Below are positions 1 through 9,213 of a stretch of 64,000 nt of DNA, piece after piece. The notes beneath the pieces are model-generated. The model was given only the letters and a program-made list of their open reading frames with translations. It had not been told where the DNA came from and did no database searches. Each line of letters opens with the position of its first letter. The first letter of the stretch is position 1. The position numbers and the translations under genes are program-made. The stretch comes from an uncultured Poribacteria bacterium (GTDB taxonomy: Bacteria; Poribacteria; WGA-4E; WGA-3G), in the NCBI GenBank assembly GCA_958296135.2, contig CATQHZ020000001.1, positions 2,752,001 through 2,816,000 on the forward strand. The letters run 5' to 3'.

Positions 1-594
1 TGCCCCGTCTGCATCGTGCCTCGGAACAATGTCCAGATGACTCTCCGCTACGCGCGGCAAAGAGATAGCGGGTGGAGACGCCTCTGACTGATTGACAGGT
101 GAAGGCGTAACGGTGATTTGCGGATGCTCGCCTAGCGATAATGGCAGTTCGCTGGTGTTACGGATGAGCTCATCGCGGAGAGTTAGCACGGCGCGTTTTT
201 CTTCGGTGGCGTTGATAAGCCCGAGCACCTCGGCGATGTCATACAGGCGAGCTCTGGCATATTCCGGATCGATGTCTTGGGTGGCGGGATGTGCAACGTG
301 ATTTCGTGCTTCTCCTATTATCCCTATCGTACTCCGAACATCCTTATTGCGGTCGAAAAGCGATTCAAAGTAGGATGCCCCAGTGTGGAGCGGGAGATGC
401 TCGGGAGGAGACCAGTATCTTCGGAGGAGATGAGGGACATCCTTAATATCTATATCAGCCTCGCTTTGGATCGAGGCTTCGCCTTCCCGATTCGGAAGTG
501 CCCCTAGCACCCGCGCCATAAACGGTCGAATAGCAGGGAAGTAGAGCTGGTAGATTGCTTTATAGAGCACGTGTTGGTTGGGATATTTTATCAT
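1..594 (-). CDS. Swt1-like HEPN domain protein, N-terminal part (gene runs off the left edge of the window)
   Basis: Not in the ORF track; read manually. ATG at 594 after AGAGGTG, open to position 1: MIKYPNQHVLYKAIYQLYFPAIRPFMARVL...IIGEARNHVAHPATQDID... The HEPN RxxxxH motif (RNHVAH) is at ~289-306. Confidence 0.7.
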   Translation of the reverse strand, partial: MIKYPNQHVLYKAIYQLYFPAIRPFMARVLGALPNREGEASIQSEADIDIKDVPHLLRRYWSPPEHLPLHTGASYFESLFDRNKDVRSTIGIIGEARNHVAHPATQDIDPEYARARLYDIAEVLGLINATEEKRAVLTLRDELIRNTSELPLSLGEHPQITVTPSPVNQSEASPPAISLPRVAESHLDIVPRHDADGA

Positions 595-700
595 ATTCAC
601 CTCTGTAAATCCGATTATTTTTTTGGCGATGAAAGCTTAGATGGCCGTTTGCTCTGAATCTAAAACGATTTCGTTATCCGGTAGGTGTGCGGTGATGGCG

Positions 701-732
701 CGGTTCCCTATTAAAAAGCGCGTAGGGAACCG
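701..732. repeat. palindromic hairpin in the HEPN gene leader
   Basis: CGGTTCCCTA...TAGGGAACCG, 10-bp stem. Confidence 0.55.
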
Positions 733-756
733 AAAACCGAATGACGTTGTTAATTA

Positions 757-785
757 ATTATACACTAATTGTAGAGAAATGTCAA
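757..785 (-). promoter_or_regulatory. sigma70 promoter for the HEPN gene
   Basis: Perfect TTGACA-17bp-TATAAT on the minus strand. Confidence 0.8.
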
Positions 786-931
786 TTTTTTTCTGCGCGA
801 AAATCTCTGGAACTTTCAGAGCTCATTTGTCTGAATCTCGGATTTACAAGATGAGGGAAATTTCGGGCTCTCGGCATCACACCGGATCATCAGCGGTCTG
901 CCAAAAAACAACCAAAACGACAAAAATAGTG

Positions 932-1156
932 TTACGTGGGAATCCAGCACGGTATGCGTGAAGGTGAGGAAGTAGATTCGTCCTCAACGACCTTGGGGAG
1001 TTTTTCTTCAACCGGTGGGGCGGCCAGAGATGCCTCTGTCGTCTCTACGTCGGGTTCGGATTGCTGTTCAATCTTTTCATTGATAGTCCCTGCTACTGCG
1101 AGCAGAAAAATAATGGCAAGGATGACGAAATGCTTTCTTTTCACGATATACTCCAT
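932..1156 (-). CDS. small membrane-anchored hypothetical protein, possibly a truncated remnant
   Basis: N-terminal hydrophobic helix followed by an acidic/Pro-rich tail; directly downstream of 1189-2223. Confidence 0.45.
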   Translation of the reverse strand: MEYIVKRKHFVILAIIFLLAVAGTINEKIEQQSEPDVETTEASLAAPPVEEKLPKVVEDESTSSPSRIPCWIPT

Positions 1157-1188
1157 TTGAGAAAAAGTCTACCGGAGAGTCAAGTCCC

Positions 1189-2223
1189 TCAATAGAATCT
1201 CTGTTTCGTTGAAATGAGATAGGAGTAAACCCCAACCTCGTTTGATTGACTAGGTGGCGTTCCGAATACTGCATTAGTTCCTGCAATAACTGCCCCTCCT
1301 GCAATAACCGCGCCAATCGGGTCTCCGCTGAAATAGTTCCATGCTGCCCCTGTTAAACCGATTGCAAACGAAATAGGTTTTCTCCAAGAACTACGATATG
1401 TCTTCCTCAATGCATGAGAAGCATTTTCTAATTCTTCTTGACGTTGTTCAAACCTCATTGCACGTTCTTCTGGCGGCATGAGGCTGAGGTCGCGCGCAAA
1501 TTGACGGACTGATAGGATATAATCTCGGTGTTGAGAGTAATGCTGCTGACGGAAATCAAGCACCTCGTCAATAGGAACTCTGCCGAGATCAACACCCACC
1601 TTTGCCATGTCAAACGAAACAATCTCGCCAATGGAAGGTGACGAAGATTTCGGTCCTGAGATGATCTCCTTCAGGGCATTAACGATATTTCCACGATCGG
1701 TTGCCGGGGAAAGTGTCAACCCCATACTGTCCCCTTTTCCCCTGAGAATCTGGGCAAGGAGAATCAAAATCAACGTTTCTACGGTTCGATGCAGTGGAAT
1801 GGAAACGCCATCCTCAGAGTCACCCGCCAAACCACGTGACTTGAGTTTTTGGAAAATGGTAGCAGCAAGTTTCCGATTGCTAGAATACCCGAGCTTTGAC
1901 ATTGCCAAGGAACCGAAGGCAGAACGTCCATAGTCCTTACCCCTGGTTAGGTAGTCTAATCTCCCAGAGGATATTATATCAGCGAGTACGCTGGCTAACG
2001 CTTCGGCAACTTCTTCATCAACTGTTTTTTCCGGGCGAATCACGTAAAACAGTCCATGTTCCTTCAGTGAAGAAATAATTGCGAGGTTATCAAATGTATG
2101 CTGAGCTGCCATGTTGTCAGGGACTAACACGGCAATTCCATCAAAGAAACAGACTAGGTTTTTAATCCAGTCTACGTCTCTCCAAGATTGGCCAGGGTAG
2201 TAGAAGGCAACGTCTGGTTTCAT
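1189..2223 (-). CDS. hypothetical protein (DUF6236-like)
   Basis: 344-aa ORF; N-terminal AFYYP...DWIK...FFD.I..LVP and a C-terminal Gly/Ala-rich hydrophobic hairpin resemble DUF6236 proteins. Confidence 0.6.
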   Translation of the reverse strand: MKPDVAFYYPGQSWRDVDWIKNLVCFFDGIAVLVPDNMAAQHTFDNLAIISSLKEHGLFYVIRPEKTVDEEVAEALASVLADIISSGRLDYLTRGKDYGRSAFGSLAMSKLGYSSNRKLAATIFQKLKSRGLAGDSEDGVSIPLHRTVETLILILLAQILRGKGDSMGLTLSPATDRGNIVNALKEIISGPKSSSPSIGEIVSFDMAKVGVDLGRVPIDEVLDFRQQHYSQHRDYILSVRQFARDLSLMPPEERAMRFEQRQEELENASHALRKTYRSSWRKPISFAIGLTGAAWNYFSGDPIGAVIAGGAVIAGTNAVFGTPPSQSNEVGVYSYLISTKQRFY

Positions 2224-2417
2224 AATTTAAAACTCCGAAGCATCGTCAGACAAGATCTTGCGACAACAGTTTGACATTAATGAATGCGCCATGTTTCGGG
2301 AATTTCAGTCGCGCACCTTGGGACCCAGCGAACGCAATTCAAGCGTTATTTCAATTGCCAGATGTCTCATTCGGCCCCGCGCGAACATCGCGCTAGCGCA
2401 GTTCACACAACACATTA

Positions 2418-2446
2418 ATTATACCACATTTGCAGCGATTTTGCAA
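2418..2446 (-). promoter_or_regulatory. sigma70 promoter (extended -10) for 1189-2223
   Basis: TTGCAA-17bp-TATAAT with a TG motif. Confidence 0.6.
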
Positions 2447-2619
2447 ATTAAAATGCGCGATGTACAGAAACATGTTGAACCTAACGGTGCTAAGCATCAG
2501 GGAACCCTGACATGCTATAAACCTGTCGTGCCTAACAGCACTCAACAACGGAAATACCGGTGGCACTCCAAAGAGGTTCAATAGCGCAGGCTTCCTAATC
2601 GTGTTAATCGCGGAGATCT

Positions 2620-2651
2620 GTCATCTCTGTAGACAACGCTGCAGAGATGTC
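2620..2651. repeat. CATCTCTGCAG-type palindromic repeat, copy 1
   Basis: GTCATCTCTGTAG...CTGCAGAGATGTC; related copies at 7610, 8272 and 33615. Confidence 0.75.
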
Positions 2652-2697
2652 TTTCTTGTAGATGCAACCTTGGAAATCCTGATTCAGAAAAAATGCC

Positions 2698-2726
2698 TTG
2701 ACAAATGGACTGGAATAAGGTATCCT
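2698..2726 (+). promoter_or_regulatory. sigma70 promoter
   Basis: TTGACA-17bp-TATCCT upstream of the ATG at 2775. Confidence 0.65.
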
Positions 2727-2774
2727 ATTTACAAACCATGCATCGGTTGCATGCTAATTGATAAGGATGGGATT

Positions 2775-2999
2775 ATGGACAATAAATTTTGGGATATGAT
2801 TTTTCGGTGGATGGATCGCATTGAAAATCGTCTCGCTGTGATTGAGCAAGACATGAAAGAGTTGATTAAGAATAAAGGGAAATTGGAAGGACATTCTGAG
2901 GCTTCTTCAAAGCATCGCTCGCTTTGGACGCTTGTCCTCAGTCTCATTGGGGCTATTAGCGGACTCATCGCGCTCACCGTCAGTCTGAAAAATTGTTGA
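2775..2999 (+). CDS. small coiled-coil protein with C-terminal TM helix (XhlA/holin-like architecture)
   Basis: MDNKFWDMIF...RIENRLAVIEQDMKEL...LWTLVLSLIGAISGLIALTVSL; own promoter and AAGGA RBS. Confidence 0.6.
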   Translation: MDNKFWDMIFRWMDRIENRLAVIEQDMKELIKNKGKLEGHSEASSKHRSLWTLVLSLIGAISGLIALTVSLKNC

Positions 3000-3158
3000 G
3001 CCCCTTTTGTGGAGCCTCGTCAATTTTGACATTTCCGAAATTTCAGATTTACTCGGATAAGGGCTGCACATTAGGGTATATCTGTCAGGAAATTAACCCT
3101 CAGAAAACAAGATTGACTTCTTCCGTTCTCTAGAGGGTTAATTTTGCATCGCCGATGC

Positions 3159-3446
3159 CTAGAATTCCCGCAAAGTGAAATATGTCCATGCCTCAGCGAA
3201 ATTATCCGCGCCCGGATAACTGCCGCCGTAGGTGAAAAAATAGTCTCGGTTAGTCGCGCGTCCTAATCTTTCACGAATATCCCAGATAACCTGAACATCA
3301 CGCTTATCTTTTGGACGGACATTAATCTGGAGTCCGCCAAAGTTCCGGTCGCGTTGATGACGCTCTTCATCATATTCTAGATAAGGATACTCCTCCAGAA
3401 TTTGATTGAGAGCCTCTACGACTTGTCTGTCTTCTGATAATCTCAC
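3159..3446 (-). CDS. hypothetical protein
   Basis: 95-aa ORF with GAGGAGGAG RBS before the GTG. Confidence 0.6.
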   Translation of the reverse strand: MRLSEDRQVVEALNQILEEYPYLEYDEERHQRDRNFGGLQINVRPKDKRDVQVIWDIRERLGRATNRDYFFTYGGSYPGADNFAEAWTYFTLREF

Positions 3447-3630
3447 AACATGCTCCTCCTCTGCAATCGGTTGGAAATGCGGGACGAGTGCGCGGTCCCG
3501 CTTTTAAACCGCGCGGGGAACCAAAAATCGAATGTTACAAGAATTATACCAGATCTCCGACGGTTTTGCAAATGAAAATCAGCGGAGCGGAAAGGATACT
3601 CCTCACGAACCCGCGCATCACAAAGCGCAC

Positions 3631-3903
3631 TTAACTGTATGCCCTGCCACGCGGATGAATGCCGCTGACAATGCACTTACGCCGTCGGGTATCTACACTA
3701 TAAAAAATCCGATAACTTCCGACACGGTACCGGTATTGCCCCGCATACCGTCCCCGCAGTTTGGTGATATTAGGCCCGAAAAAGGGATTCTGCATTAACG
3801 TATCAATTGCTGTGTCAACTCGCCGCGTCATATTCTCATCAAGCCTATTGTAATGAGTGTCGGCTTCGCTCGTGAATTGAATCTCAAACGTCGCGTTTAA
3901 CAT
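3631..3903 (-). CDS. RelE/ParE family type II toxin
   Basis: NP..GPNITKLRG...YRYRVGSYRIFYSVD...IHPRGRAY, a typical RelE pattern. Confidence 0.85.
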   Translation of the reverse strand: MLNATFEIQFTSEADTHYNRLDENMTRRVDTAIDTLMQNPFFGPNITKLRGRYAGQYRYRVGSYRIFYSVDTRRRKCIVSGIHPRGRAYS

Positions 3904-4264
3904 CGTTCCAGCTCTTGAGCCGCCCTGCTTTGATATCGGCCTCGGCCCGCGCTAAACTCTCCGCGATTTCAGGCGAATTTGCCAATTCGCGCGTTGCCGC
4001 CCAGGCTTCCTGTTCCTCCTTCTGCACCTCATGACGTTTGGCTAGTCTGATCCTACCCGCCCGGATTTGTGCCTTTATCCACGAATCTTCCATTACCCGG
4101 CTACCCATACAGCCTTTTTTCCTCCCCGGTTCCAATTTTTCTGTAGGAGAATAAGCGATTGTGCCGCTACGGTTGGACAGCCACTTCCGCATAATCAGCT
4201 TCATCTCAGCGTTGTCCGCATCCATGAATTGATGAAAAGTTTCCGCATCTAAAATAATGTCCAT
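3884..4264 (-). CDS. chimeric protein: PIN-like N-terminal half fused to a Phd/YefM-like antitoxin C-terminus
   Basis: N-term MDIILDAE...RKWL...GTIAYS; C-term EAWAATRELANSPEIAESLARAEADIKAGR; overlaps the RelE gene. Confidence 0.6.
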   Translation of the reverse strand: MDIILDAETFHQFMDADNAEMKLIMRKWLSNRSGTIAYSPTEKLEPGRKKGCMGSRVMEDSWIKAQIRAGRIRLAKRHEVQKEEQEAWAATRELANSPEIAESLARAEADIKAGRLKSWNDVKRDV

Positions 4265-4267
4265 CGT

Positions 4268-5560
4268 TTAATCCTCAAAACCCATGAGCCGGTCGGTTTC
4301 TTTCAGGAAAAACTCCCGATAATGCGGCGGGACACCCACTAGGTTGCCCATTTCGTCAAATCCGATGTTATGCACCTTGACGAGATTCCCTTTCGGTTCA
4401 AAATAGACCAGGGACACATCTTCGGGACGAATGTGCCCATTTCGGATGTCGATGCGCGCGCGATCGATCATATAGTCGCTGTGCGTTTCAATGATGAACG
4501 ACCGGTTACTCGTGCTTGCCAACTGAACGAGTAGCGAGGAGAGCTCCGCCTGCGCTTTGGGGTGTAGATGGACTTCCGGTTGTTGTAGCAAGAAAAATGG
4601 ACTCTCGCCATACGCGTCAAAATCCAAAATCTGAACCAGAATGGGCAAAATTTGACTGACACCGTAGCCGACATCAACGATATTGGTACTAGGGCCTCGG
4701 ACCTTGAATTTCAATTGGAACGGGTCACCCAAGGAACGTCCAAGGTTCTTTACCTCTACATTCTGAAACAAGCCGGAGCTCTTTCCAAATTTGACTAACT
4801 GCGCTTTTAGTGCAGCCCAATCGTCTTTTTGGGTTGTTGCCATCCGCATTAACTGCATCGGAACATCGCTACCTTCGGGATCGCTGAATTCGCGTGTCGG
4901 ATCATAGGTGCGTTTGGGCCTTGAGCGAATCGGGGATGTACTAAATACCGATAGATGGTTCCAGATATCCCACGATGTGTATTCACTCGCTTCCAAAAAT
5001 TTCGCTAGGGCATTTTTCCCCTCAGATTCCCCTTCTAAAATACCCGTGGATAGGTCTAGAAAACGGAAAAGGGAGAAACTAGGAAAGAGATCCCATATAC
5101 TAGCCCCACAAACTATTTGATAATGATTCTGTTCGTCATCAAAGTAGGCTAAGCGCAGAAAATGTTCTGGTTCATCTCCAGATTTAAAAACGATTTCGCC
5201 ATCAGTGAATTTCACCGTGACTGAATTCACAGCAGGCTCAATTCGTTCCTTTTTTTGAACAAATTCGACCGTCCACTCAACATCTCGATTAGCGTGTCTA
5301 TAGGCAATCCGTAGTTTAAACGCCTTCTCTTTTTTGCGGCTGTTTCTGACGATGTCCTTAAAGGTGCCCATGGGATAAGGATCGGCATTAAAATCAAGTT
5401 CGTTACGACGCAAATAGTTTGCCAACACCTGGAAACAGGCAAGTGCCGTTGTTTTGCCGGTGCTGTTCTCGCCGACTAGGAACGTGAGAGGCCGAATTTC
5501 TAGCGTCTGGCGTTCGCTAAAACAGCGGACCTCTTCCATTGTGAATTGCGTAATCTTCAT
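4268..5560 (-). CDS. ABC/AAA-type ATPase (AAA_15/AAA_21, DUF3696-like C-terminus)
   Basis: Walker A GENSTGKT, signature VGYGVSQ, Walker B region LLQQPEVHLHP, H-loop IETHS. Confidence 0.85.
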   Translation of the reverse strand: MKITQFTMEEVRCFSERQTLEIRPLTFLVGENSTGKTTALACFQVLANYLRRNELDFNADPYPMGTFKDIVRNSRKKEKAFKLRIAYRHANRDVEWTVEFVQKKERIEPAVNSVTVKFTDGEIVFKSGDEPEHFLRLAYFDDEQNHYQIVCGASIWDLFPSFSLFRFLDLSTGILEGESEGKNALAKFLEASEYTSWDIWNHLSVFSTSPIRSRPKRTYDPTREFSDPEGSDVPMQLMRMATTQKDDWAALKAQLVKFGKSSGLFQNVEVKNLGRSLGDPFQLKFKVRGPSTNIVDVGYGVSQILPILVQILDFDAYGESPFFLLQQPEVHLHPKAQAELSSLLVQLASTSNRSFIIETHSDYMIDRARIDIRNGHIRPEDVSLVYFEPKGNLVKVHNIGFDEMGNLVGVPPHYREFFLKETDRLMGFED

Positions 5561-5758
5561 CGTTTTATCTCCGCAAGCGTTACGTGTCAAATATCCTGCG
5601 AATAAACTCTCCGGAGTTGCAGTACCGAATTTCAGGAAAACCGCCGGTCTACAAATTGACTGCCTCCATCTTCAAGTTAGGGGTAGTGAAAAATCGCGAA
5701 GTTCAAGTGCCACTTCTTCGCCACGACAAGGCACGACTCCGCGCATTTGACCATCTAT

Positions 5759-5787
5759 AGTATACCACGAAATTGTCAAAAAGTCAA
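5759..5787 (-). promoter_or_regulatory. sigma70 promoter for the ATPase-antitoxin-RelE operon
   Basis: TTGACT-17bp-TATACT with extended TG. Confidence 0.7.
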
Positions 5788-7547
5788 ATCTTTTTTCGGG
5801 TGGAATGTGTTGCCTGGTCCCGATTCAATTTCCGCCTCGCGCGCCAATACGCAAACTGCCGCAGATAATAGCCCACATTTTTACGGATATTCACAAAATC
5901 CTGAATGAATTGGCACTTTCCGCCGATCACAATCAACTCACGTTTCGCGCGCGTCATGGCGACATAGAAGACGCGCCGCTCCGCTTGGATATCGTCGCTA
6001 CGATGCGGGAAATGCCGGCCAAGCGTGTTTTGGACGAGGAGCACTCGCTCGTATTCACATCCCTTCGCTTTGTGGATAGTAGTTATCTCTACCGAACCGG
6101 GAGGCCCGCTTTGGACGCGCGCTCGGCGGAGAATCTTTTTGAGTTCAGCAACTTCATAGTTAGTGCGAGCGAGGATGCCAGTCTCCCGCCGCCCTGCTAA
6201 TTCTGCCAATAGGATTTCGGCTAGCGTTTCGGGTGTTGTCTCCACAACGTTTATCTCAAACTGCATCGGGTTTTGGGCGCGGAGGTTTTTCTTGATGCGA
6301 CGGAGGTTTTTCTCCATGCGAGGCACGTTCTTCTCAATTAAGGCTCGCGCATGCTCAACGATGGTTGACGTGGAACGGTAGTTGAGCGTGATTTCGTATT
6401 TTTTGACATCGCGTCGACTGGCGAACGTCTGCATAATCTCCGAATTGCCGCCGCGAAACCCGTAAATCGCCTGATCATCGTCGCCGACAGCAAACAGATT
6501 CTCCGACAATAGCGAAATGAGCCGAAAATCGGTTGGGGCAATATCCTGAAACTCATCCACCAGCACATACGGATATTGATCTACGTAAGTCTCCCGTAAG
6601 TCCGGGCAAACTTCTAGGAGGTGCGCTGCGTAGATGAGCATGTCCTCAAAATCGATGGCGTTCGCCTCCGTTTTAACCTTCTCGTATTTCTCGGCGAAGG
6701 CGCGGGCAACCCGGTCATTGAGAGAAGTCGGGTCGAACAGCCCAGTTTCAACCTGCCGTTTGGCGCGCATAACTACCTCTTTTATCGTGTCAAACTGGGC
6801 GCGAAGGTCTTCAAAATCGAGTTCTCTATCAAGATGTGCAGTGTAAGCGATGCCGAAATGCTGGCAGAACATCTCCAACATGAGTTGGTTACTATACCGT
6901 TCGCGCAACGGATCTGCGCGATTAAACACACCAGCACGGGCTCTATAGAACGAAATCCAGCCCGCCTCGCGGCGATTCGCATCACGGCCGGCAACCCATT
7001 CCAGCACCTCAAAATTGAAGTTATCAACTCCTTCGGCACGGATGGATTGCCGAAGTCTATCGTTTGAGGAGTAACTGAAGTGTTCCCCTCTCCGGCGTTC
7101 CGGGTTCATCGTTTGCCCGATGTAACACCGCCCGGTCTTCTTGCTCGCAATTTTATAGAGAGCAACTCTGGTAGCAGCAGTTTCGCGTGCCAGTTGCTGT
7201 CGCTCTTCCTGAATGACTTGTTCAATTTGCGAAGCCCAGATTTGCGGTTTTTGCGAGAATCCGGCACGAGCGTAGTGCGCCATCACAATATCTTTGCCGA
7301 ACGCGTGCAGCGTGCGAATGGTAACGGGAGCCGCACTTCTCGCTGAAACGCGAGTCTCCATTTCCTCAACTGCTTTCTTATTAAAGGCGATGGCGAGGAT
7401 ATCCGATGGCGGCACATTGTGCGCGTGGATAAGGTTTAGGATGCGTTCGGTGATGACCGTGGTTTTCCCACTTCCAGGCCCGGCGACAACGATGGCGGGG
7501 CCTGTGACATGATTCACGGCTTTTCGCTGGTTTTTGTCGAGTTGCAT
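5784..7547 (-). CDS. UvrD/Rep SF1 helicase with an inserted GIY-YIG nuclease domain
   Basis: AGPGSGKT, DEFQD, GDDDQAIYGFRG, NYRS, TIHKAKG, YVAMTRA; insert LYKI...CYIGQT...RRGEH...E...FN. Likely start MQLDKNQ. Confidence 0.9.
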   Translation of the reverse strand: MQLDKNQRKAVNHVTGPAIVVAGPGSGKTTVITERILNLIHAHNVPPSDILAIAFNKKAVEEMETRVSARSAAPVTIRTLHAFGKDIVMAHYARAGFSQKPQIWASQIEQVIQEERQQLARETAATRVALYKIASKKTGRCYIGQTMNPERRRGEHFSYSSNDRLRQSIRAEGVDNFNFEVLEWVAGRDANRREAGWISFYRARAGVFNRADPLRERYSNQLMLEMFCQHFGIAYTAHLDRELDFEDLRAQFDTIKEVVMRAKRQVETGLFDPTSLNDRVARAFAEKYEKVKTEANAIDFEDMLIYAAHLLEVCPDLRETYVDQYPYVLVDEFQDIAPTDFRLISLLSENLFAVGDDDQAIYGFRGGNSEIMQTFASRRDVKKYEITLNYRSTSTIVEHARALIEKNVPRMEKNLRRIKKNLRAQNPMQFEINVVETTPETLAEILLAELAGRRETGILARTNYEVAELKKILRRARVQSGPPGSVEITTIHKAKGCEYERVLLVQNTLGRHFPHRSDDIQAERRVFYVAMTRAKRELIVIGGKCQFIQDFVNIRKNVGYYLRQFAYWRARRKLNRDQATHSTRKKI

Positions 7548-7609
7548 TTGTTTATTACTCAGAGCAATCCAGTTCTCCCCGCTGTAGTTCGGAATCGACC
7601 CGTGTCGAA

Positions 7610-7650
7610 CAGTGGACATCTCTGCAGGGAAACCTGCAGAGATGACAGCG
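7610..7650. repeat. CATCTCTGCAG-type palindromic repeat, copy 2
   Basis: CAGTGGACATCTCTGCAGGGAAACCTGCAGAGATGAC. Confidence 0.8.
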
Positions 7651-7757
7651 TTGAGGCGTAACAGTCAAGATCCGGCGAGCTGGTTTCCCTACGCGGGCAG
7701 GGCAGCGCATTTTCACTTGGGAATACCAGGAACTGAAGACGAAATACCTCCGGTCTA

Positions 7758-8192
7758 TTACTTCGGAATTTGACGCACCCACAATAGCAACGCCAGATTC
7801 ATCGCACCGACAAAACCGAAAACGTAGGATTGGATGCCCACCAACACTGCGGTTGACTGAATAAAGATGCTCCCCGCAACCGGTAAACCGAGAGCAAGGC
7901 AGGTATAGTAGGTGAGGCTTTTCGCGCCGCTCGCTTGCCAGAAGGTTAACTGGCGTTTCAAAACCTGCAGATAGGTGCGTTGCCACAGCCGCGCCGTCCA
8001 CTCCCCCTGCATAAATCCGAGAATAACGCCCAGCGCATACCCGAAAATCGCCCAACGCAGGTCGATCCGCGAATCTTGCGAGACAGCAAATATCCAGAGC
8101 AACTGCCCAAGCAGCGACACGACGATGAACGCCCAAAAGACTGGAAGTTTCATGTAGAAGGGGAGGAGACTGCGCGTGAGTTTGCGGCTCAT
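7758..8192 (-). CDS. hypothetical membrane protein (about 4 TM)
   Basis: Hydrophobic 144-aa ORF from MSRKLTRS; the longer ORF extension runs through repeats. Confidence 0.7.
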   Translation of the reverse strand: MSRKLTRSLLPFYMKLPVFWAFIVVSLLGQLLWIFAVSQDSRIDLRWAIFGYALGVILGFMQGEWTARLWQRTYLQVLKRQLTFWQASGAKSLTYYTCLALGLPVAGSIFIQSTAVLVGIQSYVFGFVGAMNLALLLWVRQIPK

Positions 8193-8271
8193 GTTTTTTG
8201 TCAAATCTGGGCACGGCGAAGGACAAACCCTCGCCCTACGGAATTTTGTAATGTCGCCGGACGTGGCGAGG

Positions 8272-8312
8272 GACAGTGGACATCTCTGCAGCAAGGCTGC
8301 AGAGATGACAAA
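8272..8312. repeat. CATCTCTGCAG-type palindromic repeat, copy 3
   Basis: GACAGTGGACATCTCTGCAGCAAGGCTGCAGAGATGAC. Confidence 0.8.
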
Positions 8313-8335
8313 GTTTCGGCGTGACGGCCCTCGCC

Positions 8336-9169
8336 CTACGAAGCCTTGGCATAATTGACAGCGTTTTTGAAAATCGCTACGCCATCGCCTTCTTCCGGGA
8401 GCGGTTCGCGTGTCCACCGAGGATGGTGCCATTTCGTGAGATACCGCTCAGGATGCGGCATCATCCCGAAGATACGCCCCGTCGCATCGCAGATACCCGC
8501 GATATTCGCATCGGAACCGTTAGGGTTGTCGGGGTATGCTACCCCGTCATAAGGACAAGTTTCTCTCTTCGCCCGCGACGTTGACGAGGTGTAGCGGAAG
8601 ACGATTTGACGATGCGTTTCCAATTGTTCTAACACCGCCGCCGGCGCAGTGAACCGGCCCTCGGCATGCGCGACAGGAAGATAGAGGTGTTGTTTGAGCC
8701 CTTTTGTAAAGACGCACGGGTTTCCCTGTTGTGTCTCCAGCGTTACCCAACGGCACTCGAATGTGGCGGAGGTATTCATCGCTAAGGTGGCTTGTTGTGG
8801 GGAGAAACCGCGGTGAAACCCGTTGACTTTCGGCAGCAACCCTGCCCGGACCAGCACTTGAAACCCGTTGCATATCCCGATGATGAGTTTGCCATCGCTA
8901 ATGAATTGGGTGAGAGCATCCGTCAGTTTGTGCTTCATCTCTGTCGCAAGGAGAATGCCGGCAGAAATATCGTCGCCGTAGGAGAAGCCGCCGGGAATCG
9001 CCAAGATTTGATAATCTTGTAGGCAGGTCCTCTGGTCCCGATTTCTTGATACAAGGTTTTGGATATGGACTAACGCTGTTTCGGCACCGGCGAGTTGGAA
9101 GGCGGCATCTGTCTCGGCATCGCAGTTCGTCCCTGCCGTGCGTAAGATAAGGACTTTCGGTTTCTTCAT
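8336..9169 (-). CDS. purQ: phosphoribosylformylglycinamidine synthase subunit PurQ
   Basis: GTNCD, PGGFSYGD, GICNGFQ, AHAEG, NPNGS, GMMPHPER. Confidence 0.97.
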   Translation of the reverse strand: MKKPKVLILRTAGTNCDAETDAAFQLAGAETALVHIQNLVSRNRDQRTCLQDYQILAIPGGFSYGDDISAGILLATEMKHKLTDALTQFISDGKLIIGICNGFQVLVRAGLLPKVNGFHRGFSPQQATLAMNTSATFECRWVTLETQQGNPCVFTKGLKQHLYLPVAHAEGRFTAPAAVLEQLETHRQIVFRYTSSTSRAKRETCPYDGVAYPDNPNGSDANIAGICDATGRIFGMMPHPERYLTKWHHPRWTREPLPEEGDGVAIFKNAVNYAKAS

Positions 9170-9213
9170 CTTGGCTCCCTTTGATGTCTAAGAATTAAAT
9201 CGGCTCGCCTGCC

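Noticed and set aside
6280-6321. 21-bp imperfect tandem duplication in uvrD (RMEKNLR/RIKKNLR)
   Set aside because: Real but in frame and probably a neutral slippage event.
6918-7166. Intein or intron-encoded homing endonuclease in UvrD
   Set aside because: No Cys/Ser start or His-Asn end, the frame is continuous and there is no room for an intron.
4268-7547. Gabija-like pair (ATPase + UvrD)
   Set aside because: The ATPase has no TOPRIM domain, the gene order is reversed and a separate promoter lies between the genes.
7555-8226. Alternative-frame and antisense ORFs overlapping real genes, here and throughout the ORF track
   Set aside because: Shadow ORFs of GC-rich coding DNA with no motifs or RBS.
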